DNA from: Squalus acanthias
Lineage: Eukaryota
Length of the DNA: 64,000 nt
Assembly: GCA_030390025.1 (NCBI GenBank)
Contig: JASTWF010000035.1
Coordinates: forward strand, 1,674,001 to 1,738,000
Reading direction: 5' to 3'
The notes below the pieces were generated by a model, which was given only the letters and a program-made list of their open reading frames with translations, was not told the origin of the DNA and made no database searches. The position numbers and the translations under genes were made by a program. The first letter of the stretch is position 1; each line of letters opens with the position of its first letter. Positions 12,613-25,125 of this stretch are shown in pieces.

Positions 12613-14470
12613 ATGGGGTACGGTAGCATAGTGGTTATGTTACTGGACCAGTAATCCAGAGGCCTGGACTAATGATCTGGAGATGTGAGTTCCATTTGGG
12701 GAATTTAAATTCAGTTCATTAAATTAAATCCTCCTTGGATACAGGGGTGGTGCCAGAGGACTGGAAAATTGCAAATGTTACACCCTTGTTCAAAAAAGGG
12801 TGTAAGGATAAACCCAGCAACTACAGGCCAGTCAGCTTAACCTCTGTGGTGGGGAAGCTTTTAGAAATGATAATATGGGAAAAAATTTACAGTCACTTGG
12901 ACAAGTGTGGATTAATTAAGGGAAGCCAGCATGGATTTGTTAAAGGCAAATCGTGTTTAACTAACTTGATTGAAATTTTTGATGAGGTAACAAAGAGGGT
13001 TGATGAGGGCAATGCGGTGACGTGGTGTATATGGATTTCCAAAAGGCTTCTGATAAAGTGCCACATAATAGGCTTGCCAGCAAAGTTGAAGCCCATGGAA
13101 TAAAAGAGACAGTGGCAGCATGGAGACATAATTGGCTAAGTGACAGAAAACAGAGAGCAGTGGTGAATGGTTGTTTTTCGGACTGGAGGAAGGTATATAG
13201 TGGTGTTCCCAGGGGTTGGTACTAGGACCACTGCTTTTCTTGATATATATGTTAATGATTTGGACTTAGGTGTACAGGGCACTATTTAAAAATTTGCAGA
13301 TGACACAAAACTTGGAAGTATAGTGAACAGTGAGGCGGATACAGACAGCCTTCAAGAAGACATAGACAGACTGTTGGAATGGGTGGACACGTGGCAGATG
13401 AAGTTTAACGCAGAAAAGTGTGAAGTGATACATTTTGGTTGGAAGAATGAGGAGAGGCAATATAAACTAAAGGGTACAATTCTAAAGGGGGTGCATGAAC
13501 AGAGAGACCTGGGGGTACATGTGCACAAATTATTGAAGGTGGCAGGTCAGGTTGAGTAAGCGGTTAAAAAAGCTTACGGGATCCTGGGCTTCATAAATAG
13601 AGGCATAGAGTACAAAAGCAAGGAAGTTATGATGAACCTTTATAAAACACTTGTTCGGCCTCAACTGGAGTATTGTGTCCAATTCTGGGCATCGTACTTT
13701 AGGAAGGATGTGAAGGGCTTAGAGAGGGTGCAGAAAAGATTTACGAGAATGGCTCCAGGGATGAGGGACTTCAGTTAGGTGGATAGACTGGAGAAGCTGG
13801 GGTTGTTCTCCTTAGAGCAGAGAAGATTTAGATGAGATTTGATAGAGGTGTTCAAAATCATGAGGGGTCTAGACAGAGTAAATAGAGAGAAACTGTTCCC
13901 ATTGGCGGAAGGGTCGAGAAACAGAGGACACAGATTTAAGGTGATTGGCAGAAGATCCCAAGGCGACATGAGGAAAAACATTTTTACGCAGCGAGTGGTT
14001 ATGATCTGGAATGCACTGCCTGAGAGGGTGGTGGAGTCAGATTCAATCATGGCTTTCAAAAGGGAATTGGATAAGTACCTGAAGGAAAAGATTTTGCAGA
14101 GCTACAGGGAAAGGGCGCCGGTTTGGGACTAGCTGAAGTGCTCTTGCAGTGAACCGGCACAGGCCGAATGGCCTCCTACTGATTCTATGAAATCTGGAAT
14201 AAAAAGCTAGTAACAGTAATGGTGACCATGAAATTATTGGATTGTCATAAAAGCCCATCTGGTTCATTAATGTCCTTTAGGGAAGGAAATCTGCCGTCCT
14301 TGTCTATATGTAACTCCAGACCCACAGCAATGTGGTTGACTCTTAACTGCACTCTGAAATGCCAGTTGTCAAGAAGGCGGCTCAACATCACCTTCCCAAG
14401 GGCAAGTAGGGATGGGCAATAAATGCTGGCCTTGCCAGTGATGCCCACATCCCAGGAACGAATAAAAAAG
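12613..14470 (+). mobile_element. tRNA-derived SINE (12613-12730 plus 14190-14470) split by a CR1 3' fragment (12731-14189)
   Basis: A-box-like ggtagcatagtgg; aaatc duplicated at both CR1 junctions; SINE tail matches the LINE family B tail. Confidence 0.75.
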
Positions 14471-14479
14471 AACTACTGG

Positions 14480-15015
14480 GCCTCTTTCCGAGTTCCCCTC
14501 CGTCCTACATGTCAGCGTCCATCCAATTCAACTCACTCTGCGTGACATTGAGAGGTGGCTGATTGCACTGGACATGGCAATCGCTATGGGCCCTGATAAC
14601 ATCTCGGCTGTAGCATTGAAGACCTGTGCACAAGAGCTAGCCGCTCCATAAGCCAAATGTTCCAATACAGCCCTGACACTGGCATCTAACTGACAGGTAC
14701 CACCTATCCACAAAAAACAGGATAAATCTAACCTGGCCATATACCGCCCTTTCAGCCTCTGCCCAATCATCAGTAAAGTGATACAAGAAGCTATCACCAA
14801 TAATCTGCTCAGCAACACTCAGTTCAGGTTCCACCAGGTCCACTCAGCTCCAGATCTCATCTCAGTCTTGATCCAGATATGGACATGAGCTGAAAGCCAG
14901 GGGAGAGGTGTGGACAGACAATAATGGCTGGCACCGAGGTCCTATTTAAACTGAGGTCAATTGCCAAAGGAAAGGACTTCCAGTGCCTGGAGTCATATCT
15001 TATACACAGGAAGAT
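14480..15015 (+). mobile_element. Old, strongly decayed LINE family B RT fragment
   Basis: Diverged match to 10300-10790. Confidence 0.6.
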
Positions 15016-15319
15016 ACAATCATAGAATTATACAGCACAGAAGGAGGCCATTCAGCCCATCGTGCCTGTGCCGGCTTTTTGAAAGAGCTATCCAATTAGT
15101 CCCATTCCTCTGCCCTTTCCTCAGCCCTCCAAATTTATCCCCTTCAAGTATTTATCTAATTCCCTTTTGAAAGTTACTATTGAATCTGCTTCAACCGCCC
15201 TTTCAGGCAGCGCATTCCAGATCACAACAACTCGCTGCGTAAAAAAAATTCTCCTCATCTCACCTCTGGTACTTTTGCCAATTACCTTGAATCTGTGCCC
15301 TCTGGTTACTGACCATTTT

Positions 15320-16705
15320 TTAAAAATATTCGTTCATGGGATGCGGGCATCGCTGGCAAGGCCAGCATTTATTGCCCATCCCTAATTACCCTTGAGAAAG
15401 GTGGTGGTGAGCCACCTTCTTGAACCGTTGCAGTCCGTGTGGTGAAGGTACTCCCTCAGCGCTGATAGGGAGGGAGTTCCAGGATTTTGACCCAGCGACG
15501 ATGAAGGATCGGCGATATATTTCCAAGTCAGGATGGTGTGTGACTTGTAGAGGAACTTGGAGGTGGTGGTGTTCCCATGCACCTGCTGCCCTTGTCCTTC
15601 TAGGTGGAAGAGGTCGCAGGTTTGGAAGGTGCTGTCGAAGAAGCCTTGGCAAGTTGCTGCAGTGCATCTTGTAGATGGTACACACTGCAGCCACGGTACG
15701 CCGGTGGTGGAGGGAGTGAATGTTTAAGGTGGTGGATGGGGTGCCAATCAAGCGGGCTGTTTTGTGCTGGATGGTGTCGAGCTTCTTGAGTGTTGTTGGA
15801 GCTGCACTCATCCAGGCAAGTGGAGAGTATTCCATCACACTCCTTACTTGTGCCTTGTAGATGGTGGAAAGACTTTGGGGAGTCAGGAGGTGAGACAGTC
15901 GCCGCAGAATACCCAGCCTCTGACCTGCTCTTGTTGCCACCGTATTTATGTGGCTGGTCCAGTTAAGTTTCTGGTCAATGGTGACCCCCAGGATGTTGAT
16001 GGTGGGGGATTCGGCGACGGTAATGCCGTTGAATGTCAAGGGGCGGTGGTTAGACTCTCACTTGTTGGAGATAGTCATTGCCTGGCACTTGTGTGGTGCG
16101 AATGTCACCTGCCACTTATCAGCCCAAGCCTGAACGTTGTCCAGGTCTTGTTGCATGCGGGCATGGACTGCTTCATTATCTGAGGAGTTGTGAATGGCAC
16201 TGAACACTGTGCAATCATCAGCGAACATCTCCATTTCTGACCTTATGTTGGAGGGAAGGTCATTAATGAAGCAGCTGAAGATGACTGGGCCTAGGACACT
16301 GCCCTGAGGAACTCCTGCAGTGATATCCTGGGACTGTGATGATTGACCTCCAACCACCACAACCATTTTCCTTTGTGCTAGGTATGACTTCAGTGGAGAG
16401 TTTTCCCTCCGATTCCCATTGACTTCAGTTTTACTAGGGCTCCTTGATGCCACACTCTATCAAATGCTGCCTTGATGTCAAGGGCAGTCACTCTCACCTC
16501 ACCTCTGGAATTCAGCTCCTTTGTCCATGTTTGGACCAAGGCTGTAATGAGGTCTGGAGCTGAGTGGTCTTGGCGGAACCCAAACTGGGCATCAGTGAGC
16601 AGGTTATTGGTGAGTAACTGCCGCTTGATAGCACTGTCGACGACACCTTCCATCACTTTGCTGATGATTGAGAGAAGACTGATGGGGCGGTAATTGGCCA
16701 GATTC
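15320..16705 (-). mobile_element. LINE family B RT and 3' end
   Basis: Homologous to 1-1489 in reverse orientation; [10 protein letters not shown] and FADD motifs. Confidence 0.88.
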
Positions 16706-16783
16706 AGCCACTGGAAACAGTTTCTCCTTATTTACTCTATCAAAATCCTTCATGATTTGGAATACCTCTAGTCAATCTCCCCT

Positions 16784-17271
16784 CGGCCTAATACACTGTT
16801 CCACGGAAGCTCAGCGTAAGCTCGAGGAACAGCACCTCATCTTTCGTTTAGGCACGCTACAGCCCTCTGGACTCAATATCGAGTTCAACAATTTTAGATC
16901 ATAACCTCAGCTCCAATCACATTTATATTTTATTTTATCCACCCTTTTATTTGTCCCCCCCACCTTTTTTTTTCCTCCTAGAAGCTGGCAGCTGTCCTTC
17001 ATTCTGCCAGTAGATTTCACACTTCATTCAGCCTTAATCTGTCACATTAACACCACCTCTAGCTCTTAATGTCTCTTAATGTCTCTTCATCTCCTCTTTT
17101 GTTCCTTTATCCCCTCCCCCTTTTCCCAGCTTTACTCTGGCCTTAAATCTATTTGATTTCCAGCTCTTCCCAGTTCTGATGAAAGGTCATCGACCTGAAA
17201 CGTCAACTCTCTTTCTCTCTCCACGGATGCTGCCTGGCCTGCTGAGTTTTTCCAGCGTTTTCTGTTGTTAT
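16784..17271 (+). mobile_element. Penelope 3' fragment, same family as 32748-34955
   Basis: Near-identical reverse complement of about 32748-33245; tcccct TSD. Confidence 0.9.
17172..17208 (+). ncRNA. Minimal hammerhead ribozyme (Penelope-associated)
   Basis: agtt-CTGATGA-a-aggtc(atc)gacct-GAAA-c-gtc-aact: catalytic core, stem II hairpin, stem I, GUC cleavage triplet. Confidence 0.8.
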
Positions 17272-19891
17272 TCCCCTTAACCTTCTCTACTCTAAGGAGA
17301 ACAACCCCAGCGTCTCTCACCTCTCCATGTAACTGAAGTCCCTCATCCCTGGTACCACTCTAGTAAATCTCTTTACACTCTCTAAGACCTTGACATTCTT
17401 TCTAAAGTGTGCTGCCTAGAATTGTCCACAATACTCCAGCTGAGGCTTAACCAGTGATTTATAAAAGTTTAGCATAACTTCCTTGCTTTTCTACTCTATT
17501 CCTCTATCAATAAAGCCGGGGAAAATTTCATTAGCGACCATTTTGGGTTGCTAAAATCACCTGGGCGCAAAATAGCGCCGGTGAGCACTAAATTCAGTTT
17601 TAGCGCCCCAAGAGGGAGGTGGAGCGCTAAATCAAGCGCTCCATTTCCTTCTTGGAGCACTAACCCCGAATATTGGGGTGGAGACTTCAGCAGCGCTGCA
17701 CACTGGGCCGTATGGGCATATAGTGGGCATATAATTGTCAAATTAATTTCAACACAGATAAATATGATGTACATTTTGGTAGGAAGAATAGGGAGGTTAC
17801 TTATTACTTGTAGGATGCGAGTCTAGGTGGGGTAGAGGAACAAAGGGATCTCGGAGTACAAATACACAAATCACTAAAAGTATCAATACAGGTTAACAAG
17901 GCCATAAAAAAGCAATCCAAGCACTAGGGTTTATTTCGAGAGGGATAGAATTGAAAAGTAGGGAAGTTATGCTAAACCTTGATTAGACCACACTTGGAGT
18001 ACTGCGTACAATTCTGGTTGCCATATTATAAAAAGGATATAGAGGCACTGGAGAGGATGCAGAGAAGATTTACAAGGATGATACCAGAAATGCGAGGGTA
18101 CACATATCAGGAAAGGATGAACAGGCTGGGTCTCTTTTCTCTTGAAAAGAGAAGACTGAGGGGTGACCTAATAGAGCTCTTTAGAATTATGAAAGGTTTT
18201 GATAGAGTAGATACCAAGAGAACGTTTCCACTTGTGGGGTAAAGCAAAACTAGAGGCCATCAATATAAGATAGTCACCAAGAAATCAAATAGGGAATTCA
18301 GAAGAAACTTCTTAACCCAGAGAGTGATGAGAATGTGGAACTCACTACCACAGGGAGTGATTGAGGTGAATAGTATAGATGTAATTAAGGGGCGGTTAGA
18401 TAAGCACATGAGGGAGAAGGGAATAGAGGGTTATGCTGATAGAGTTAGATGAGGAAAGACGGGAGGAGGCTCGTGTGGAGCATAAATGCCGGCATGGACT
18501 GGTTGGGCCAAATGGCCTGTTTCTGTGCCGTATATCCTATGTAATCCTATGTAAATAGATAGCAGAGGCACTATTACATAGTTATAACAATTCATTAGAC
18601 AAGCGAATAGTGCCAGAGGACTGTCAGACTGCTAATGTTATTCCTATATTTGAAAAGGGAGAAAGAACAAGTCCAGGGAACCATAGACTAGTTAGCTTAA
18701 TATCGGTGGTCTTTACTCAAAGATGTAATAGAAAAACATCTAGAAACCGAAAATATAATAACGAGTAGTCAGCATGGATTTCAAAAGGGAAAGTCTTGCT
18801 TGACCAACCTTCTTGAATTCTTTGAAGAAGTAACAGAGAGAGTAGACAAGGGTAATGCAGTAGTCGCAAGATATTTGGATTTTCGAAAAGGCCTTTGACA
18901 AGGTACTGTATAGTAGACTCATGACTAAGGTCAGAGCATGTGGAGTCAGGAGACAAGTAACAGAATGGATAGCAAGCTGGTTACAAAACAGAAAACAGAG
19001 AGTAGGGATTAAGGGCAGCTACTCAGGCTGGCAAAAGATGGGAAGTGGTGTTTCACCGGAAACGGTGCTGGGACTACTGTTGTTCATAATTTGCGTTAAT
19101 GATTTGGACTCAGGAATCGGAAGTACAATTTCAAAATTTGCACTCGACACCAAATTGAAAGGTATAGTTAATACAAAGGAAGATTGTGACAAAATATAGA
19201 AAGACATTAATAAGCTTGCAGAATGGGCATGTAATTGATAAAGAGGAGGTACTAGAAAGGCTGTCGGAACTTAAAGTTGATAAGTGACCAGGACCGGATG
19301 GGATGCATCCTAGGATGCTGAGGGAGGTTAAGGAGGAAATCGTGGAGGTACTGGCCACAATCTTCCAATCCTCCTTAGATACGGGAATGGTGCCAGAGGA
19401 CTGGAGAATTGCAAATGTTACACCCTTTTTCAAAAAAGGGTGTAAGGATAAACCCAGCAACTACAGGCCAGTCAGTTTAACCTCGGTAGTGGGGAAGCTT
19501 GATTGAGTTTTTTGATGAGGTAACAGAGAGGGTTGATGCGGGCAATGCGGTTGACGTGGTGTATATGGACTTCCTTAAAGGCATTTGATAAAGTGCCACA
19601 TAATAAGCTTGCCAGCAAAGTTGAAGCCCATGGAATAAAAGGGACAGTGACAGCATGGATACGAATTGGCTAAGTAACAGGAAACAGAGTAGTGGTGAAC
19701 GGTTGTTTTTCGGACTGGAGGAAGGTATACAGTGGTGTTCCCCAGGGGTCGGTACTGGGACCACTGATTTTCTTGATATATATTAATGGCTTGGACTTGG
19801 GAGTACAGGGCATAATTTCAAAATTTGCAGATGACACAAAACTTGGAAGTATAGTGAACAGTGAGGAGGATAGTGATAGACTTCAAGAAGA

Positions 19892-20884
19892 GTTCCCCTT
19901 GTCCTCAACTTTCACCCCACCAGCCTCCACATTCAACGGATCATCCTCCGCCATTTCCGCCACCTCCAACGTGATCCCAAAACCAAACGTATCTTCCCCT
20001 CACCTCCCCTTTCTGCATTCCGTAGGGACCGCTCCCTCCGAGACACCCTAGTCCACTCCTCTATCACCCCCAGCACCCCTTCCCCCTCGCCCGGCACCTT
20101 CCCGTGCAAGCGCAGGAGATGCAACACCTGCCCTTATACATCCCCCCTTCCCACTGTCCAGGGCCCCAAACACCCCTTCCAGGTGAAACAGTGATTTACT
20201 TGTACTTCCTGCAATTTAGTATACTGTATTCGCTGCTCACGATGCGGTCTCCTCTACATTGGGGAGACCAAACGCAGATTGGGTGACCGCTTTGTGGAAC
20301 ACCTCCATTCAGTCCATAAGGGTGACCCCGAGCTTCCGGTCACCTGTCACTTTAACTCACCGCTCCACTCCCACTCAGACCTCACCGTCCTCGGCCTCTT
20401 GCATTGTTCCACGGAAGCTCAGCGTAAGCTCGAGGAACAGCACCTCATCTTCCGATTAGGCACTTGACAGCCTTCCGGACTCAATATCGAGTTCAACAAT
20501 TTCAGATCATAACCTCGGCCCCCTACCATTTTTATCCCCCCTTTTGGTTTGTGCCTTTTCCCTTTTTTTTCTCTCTCTCCCCACAGCAGCGGTCTTTCAT
20601 CCTGCCAGCGCATTTCACACCTCTGAGCCATCTTTTGTTTCTTAACCTGTCCTATTACCATCTCGTCTTGCCGTGTGCATCTCTTAATGTCTCTACGTCT
20701 CACAGACCTCCTCTTTTGTTCTTTTATTCCTCCCCCAGCCTCCAAACTTGCTTTTTCATCTGTTTCATTTCCTGCTTTTTTCTCAGTTCTGACGAAGGGG
20801 CTTCGACCTGAAACGTTAACTCTGTTTCTCTCTCCATGGATGTTGCCTGGCCTGCTGAGTTTTTCCAGTGCTTTCTGTTGTTAT
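19892..20884 (+). mobile_element. Penelope 3' fragment (related subfamily with a different 3' UTR)
   Basis: GIY-YIG coding region with stops; 10-bp TSD ttcaagaaga (19882-19891 and 20885-20894). Confidence 0.9.
20785..20821 (+). ncRNA. Minimal hammerhead ribozyme variant
   Basis: agtt-CTGACGA-aggggcttcgacct-GAAA-cgtt-aact; stem II imperfect. Confidence 0.65.
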
Positions 20885-21493
20885 TTCAAGAAGACATAGG
20901 CAGGCTGGTGAAATGGGCGGATACGTGGCAGATTAAATTTAATGCAGAAAAGTGCAAAGTGATACATTTTGATAGGAAGAACGAGGAGAGGCTATATAAA
21001 CTAAAAGGTACAATCCTAAAGGGGTACATGAACAGAGAGACCTGGGGGTATATGTGCACAAATCATTGAAGGTGGCAGGGCAGGTTGAGAAAGTGGTTAA
21101 AAAAGCGTACGGGATCCTGGGCTTCATAAATAGAGGCATAGAGTAGAAAAGCAAGGAAGTTATGATGAACCTTTATAAAACACTGGTTCACCCTCAACTG
21201 TGTCCAATTCTGGGCACCGCACTTTAGGAAGGATGTGAGGCCCTTAACCACTATTTAAGGGTCTTAACTACCTCTCCCGACTGATGGAGGCCGGACCGAA
21301 TCGCACCCATGAAACCCGCCTCTGGCAAAATTGCGCGGAGGCGGGTTGGAGGTGGGTTCCGAGCCCGCCCTAACTTTTTGCGATTTTCCCAACTGTCCCG
21401 TTCCAACCTGCCTCCAATGGGAAAATCGCCCCCCATGTCTCTGGATTATTAGTCCAGGCCTCTGGATTACTAGTCCAGGAACATATATGCTAT

Positions 21494-24400
21494 GGGCTGG
21501 ATTTTCTGAATGGGAAGCTTTTGGAGGCGGGACTGCTGCTTGCTGGGTTTCATAGAACATAGAACATAGAAGAGTACAGCACAGTACAGGCCCTTCGGCC
21601 CTCGATGTTGTGCCGAGCATTGTCCGAGACCAAGATCAAGCTATCACACTCCCGATCACTCTGGTGTGCTCCATGTGCTTATCCAATAACCGCTTGAAAG
21701 TTCCTAAAGTGTCCGACTCCACTATCACAGCAGGCAGTCCATTCCACACCCCAACCACTCTCTGAGTAAAGAATCTACCTCGGACATCCCTTCTATATCT
21801 CCCCCCATGCACCTTATAGTTATGCCCCCTTGTAACAGCGGCCTCTACCCGAGGAAATAGTCTCTGAACATCCACTCTATCTATCCCCCTCATCATCTTA
21901 TAAACCTCTATTAAGTCGCCTCTCATCCTCCTCCGCTCTAAAGAGAAAAGCCCCAACTCCCTCAATCTTTCCTCATAAGACCTCCCCCCCAAACCAGGCA
22001 GCATCCTGGTAAATCTCCTTTGCACTCTTTCCAATGCTTCCACGTCCTTCCTATAGTGAGGTGACCAGAACTGCACACAATATTCCAAATGTGGTCTCAC
22101 CAAGGTCCTGTACAGTTGCAGCATAACTTCACGGTTCTTAAACTCAAACCCTCTGTTAATAAACGCCAACACACCATAGGCCTTCTTTACTGCTCTATCC
22201 ACTTGAGTGGCAACCTTCAGAGATCTGTGGATATGAACCCCCAGATCCCTCTGCTCCTCCACGTTCCTCAGAACCCTGCCGTTGACCCTGTAATCCTTAT
22301 TCAAATTTGCCCTACCAAAATGAATCACCTCGCACTTATCAGGGTTAAATTCCATCTGCCATTTTTTGGCCCAGCTCTGCATCCTATCAATGTCTCTTTG
22401 CAGCCTACAACTGCCCTCCACCTCATCCACTACTCCACCAATCTTGGTGTCATCAGCAAATTTACTGATCCACCCTTCAGTCCCCTCCTCCAAGTCATTG
22501 ATAAAAATCACAAACAGCAGAGGACCCAGCACCGACCCCTGTGGCACACCGCTGGTAACTGGTCTCCAGTCCGAAAATGTTCCATCCACCACCACCCTCT
22601 GCCTTCTATGAGATAGCCAGTTACTTATCCAATCGGCCAAATTTCCCTCTATCCCACAACTCCTTACTTTCTTCATGAGACGACCATGGGGAACCTTATC
22701 AAACGCCTTACTAAAATCCATGTATACGACATCAACTGCTCTACCTTCATCTACACACTTAGTTACCTCCTCAAAGAATTCAATCAAATTTGTTAGGCAA
22801 GACTTACCCTTCACGAATCCGTGTTGACTATCCCTGATTAAGTTGCCCCTTTCCAAATGGTCATAAATCCTATCCCTCAGGATCTTTTCCATTATCTTAC
22901 CAACCACCGAAGTAAGACTAACCGGCCTATAATTACCAGGGTCATTCCTATTTCCTTTCTTGAAGAGAGGAACAACATTCGCCACTCTCCAGTCCTCTGG
23001 CACCATTCCCGTGGACAGTGAGGACCCAAAGATCAAAGCCAGAGGCTCTGCAATCTCCTCCCTTGCCTCCCAAAGAATCCTAGGATATATCCCATCTGGC
23101 CCAGGGAACTTATCGACCCTCAGGTTCTTCAAAATTGCTAAAACATCTTCCCTCAGAACATCTACCACCTCCAGCCTATCCACCTTTATCACACTCTCAT
23201 CCTCAAGAACATGGCCCCTCTCCTCGGTGAACACTGACGAAAAGTATTCATTCATCACCTCTCCTATCTCTTCTGACTCCATGCACAAGTTCCCACTACT
23301 GTCCTTGACCGGCCCTACCCTCACCCTGGTCATTCTTTTATTTCTCACATAAGAGTAAAAAGCCTTGGGGTTTTTCTTGATCCGACCCGCCAAGGACTTC
23401 TCATGCCCCCTCCTAGCTCTCCTAAGCTCTTTTTTTAGCTCATTCCTTGCTACCTTGTACCCCTCAATCGACCCAACTGAACCTTGTTTTCTCATCCTTA
23501 CATACGCTTCCTTTTTCCTCTTGACTAGACATTCAACCTCTTTTGTGAACCATGGTTCTCTCACTCGGCCATTTCCTCCCTGCCTGACAGGGACATACCT
23601 ATCAAGGACACGCAGTAATTGCTCCATGAAAAAGCTCCACTTTTCGTTTGTGCCTTTCCCTGATAGTTTCTGTTCCCATCTTGTACTCCCTAATTCTTGC
23701 CTAATCGCAGCATAATTACCCCTCCCCCAATTATAAACCCTGCCCTGCCGTATGGCCCTATCCCTCTCCATTGCAATAGTGAAAGTTACCGAATTGTGGT
23801 CACTATCTCCAAAGTGCTCTCCCACATACAAATCAATCACTTGGCCCGGTTCATTACCCAGTACCAAATCCAACGTGGCCCCAGCTCTTGTCGGCCTATC
23901 CACATATTGTGTCAGGAAACCCTCCTGCACACACTGTGCAAAAACTATCCCATCCGAACTGTTTGACCTATAAAGGTTCCAATCAATATTTGGAAAGTTG
24001 AAGTCACCCATGACAACTACTCTGTGTTGCAGTTCCGCCTCCATCAGCTTCTGGCCAACCAGCGGGAATTTCCCCTGATTGACCTTGTTAAGCTTGCCCG
24101 GCGGGCTCAGCAGGCCAATTAGGGGGAAGTCAGTGACAGAGCACATCAACGTATGACGTGTCATTCGTCAAGAATTTTTGAAAGAAGAAATGTTATCGTT
24201 TGACTGCACTGTGAAGCTGTCAAACACTGACATTCTGTGTATTCCTTGTGTTCAGGACTCATCAAACCTTTCTACTTTGCAGAAATCAGCTGGCTTTTGT
24301 ATCGGAGGATGCAACAGCCAGTCTGTGATCTCTACAATGCAGATGTCGGGGACTCCGGCTCCACAATGGCTGAAGGCTGTAGGTCGAAACAAAGGTATGT

Positions 24401-24809
24401 TAACATTTTCTAACACTTTACACTCACCTCACATACTTACCACTCCACACTTGCATCCATCACTCACCTCTACATCACACTTTCAGACCCCTCCAACCCC
24501 CGCAGACCTCCTACTCACCTCCTACACCCCAGCAGGTTTCCCCCAGGTCGGGAAGCCCGCACTTCAGGACAAAAAATAGGGATAATCCTATTTTCTGCCT
24601 GTTAACTACCTGTTAACAGGCAGTTAATAGGCTTTAATCCCTTCCCGCCTCCAAGGAGACGGGACCCGGGGCAGGACGGCTTCCTGCCTCCTGGCAAGAG
24701 GGCACAGAAGCAGGTTGGGGGCGGGTTTGCCACCCGCCCCCAAATTCTGCAACTTTCCCGGCAGTCCCGCCTCCATACCCGCCTCCTCGGGGCTGAGGAA
24801 ATCCAGCCC
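21494..24809. mobile_element. Harbinger-type MITE split by a CR1
   Basis: TIRs GGGCTGGATTT...AAATCCAGCCC; TAT TSD; internal segment homologous (reverse complement) to 9200-9265. Confidence 0.75.
21552..24026 (-). mobile_element. Young CR1 LINE (another family), 5'-truncated in EN, uninterrupted ORF2 to 21636
   Basis: About 795 open codons from RVVVMGDFNFPNIDW through the RT motifs; (TTCTATG)n tail; inserted in a MITE. Confidence 0.93.
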
Positions 24810-24947
24810 TATGTTACCATTCCCATTCTTGGGGTATTGGGACCAGTTCGGGGAAGGAGTACCTGTACAAGATGGAACTTGCTTCCTTCTCTTAGGTGTT
24901 TCTTGCACTCTCTCCCCTTTGACACTCTTGTGTATCCTTATTTTCAG

Positions 24948-25125
24948 TTTCGCATTACCAACACTCTTCAGCAGCTGCAGCCGACAGGAATTAATGAGAA
25001 ACCTGGGCCATGGTTTAGGGATCTGTCTCTACAACATGCCGAGACTGGACATGCTGGTTGGAGGCCCCGAGTGTGGCAACCTGTACGTGGAGAAAGGCGA
25101 GGAGTGTGACTGCGGCAAGCCTGAG
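24948..25125 (+). CDS. ADAM15: ADAM metalloprotease exon (end of metalloprotease domain and start of disintegrin domain)
   Basis: ttttcag acceptor and GAG|gtagg donor; encodes FALPTLFSSCSRQELMRNLGHGLGICLYNMP...ECGNLYVEKGEECDCGKPE, the ADAM FSxCS...CLxN...CGNxxVExGEECDCG signature. ADAM family is certain; ADAM15 paralog assignment is by recalled similarity. Confidence 0.85.

Larger units (their letters stand above)
15020..17515 (-). mobile_element. CR1 3' fragment split by LINE family B and Penelope insertions
   Basis: Tail at about 15020; pieces 15020-15320, 16705-16783 and 17272-17515 are colinear. Confidence 0.75.
17740..21245 (+). mobile_element. Cluster of decayed CR1 RT and 3' fragments (hosts Penelope 19892-20884)
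   Basis: RPHLEYCVQFW, KFADDTKL, HPRMLRE, NYRPVSLTS. Confidence 0.85.

Noticed and set aside
12613..12700. tRNA gene
   Set aside because: A/B-box-like head continues into a repeated SINE body; no intact cloverleaf.
22089..23973. Multiple plus-strand ORFs of 70-175 aa
   Set aside because: Antisense shadows of CR1 ORF2, as are most short ORFs in the track.
24027..24164. N-terminus of the 842-aa ORF
   Set aside because: MITE sequence read through into a 5'-truncated CR1.
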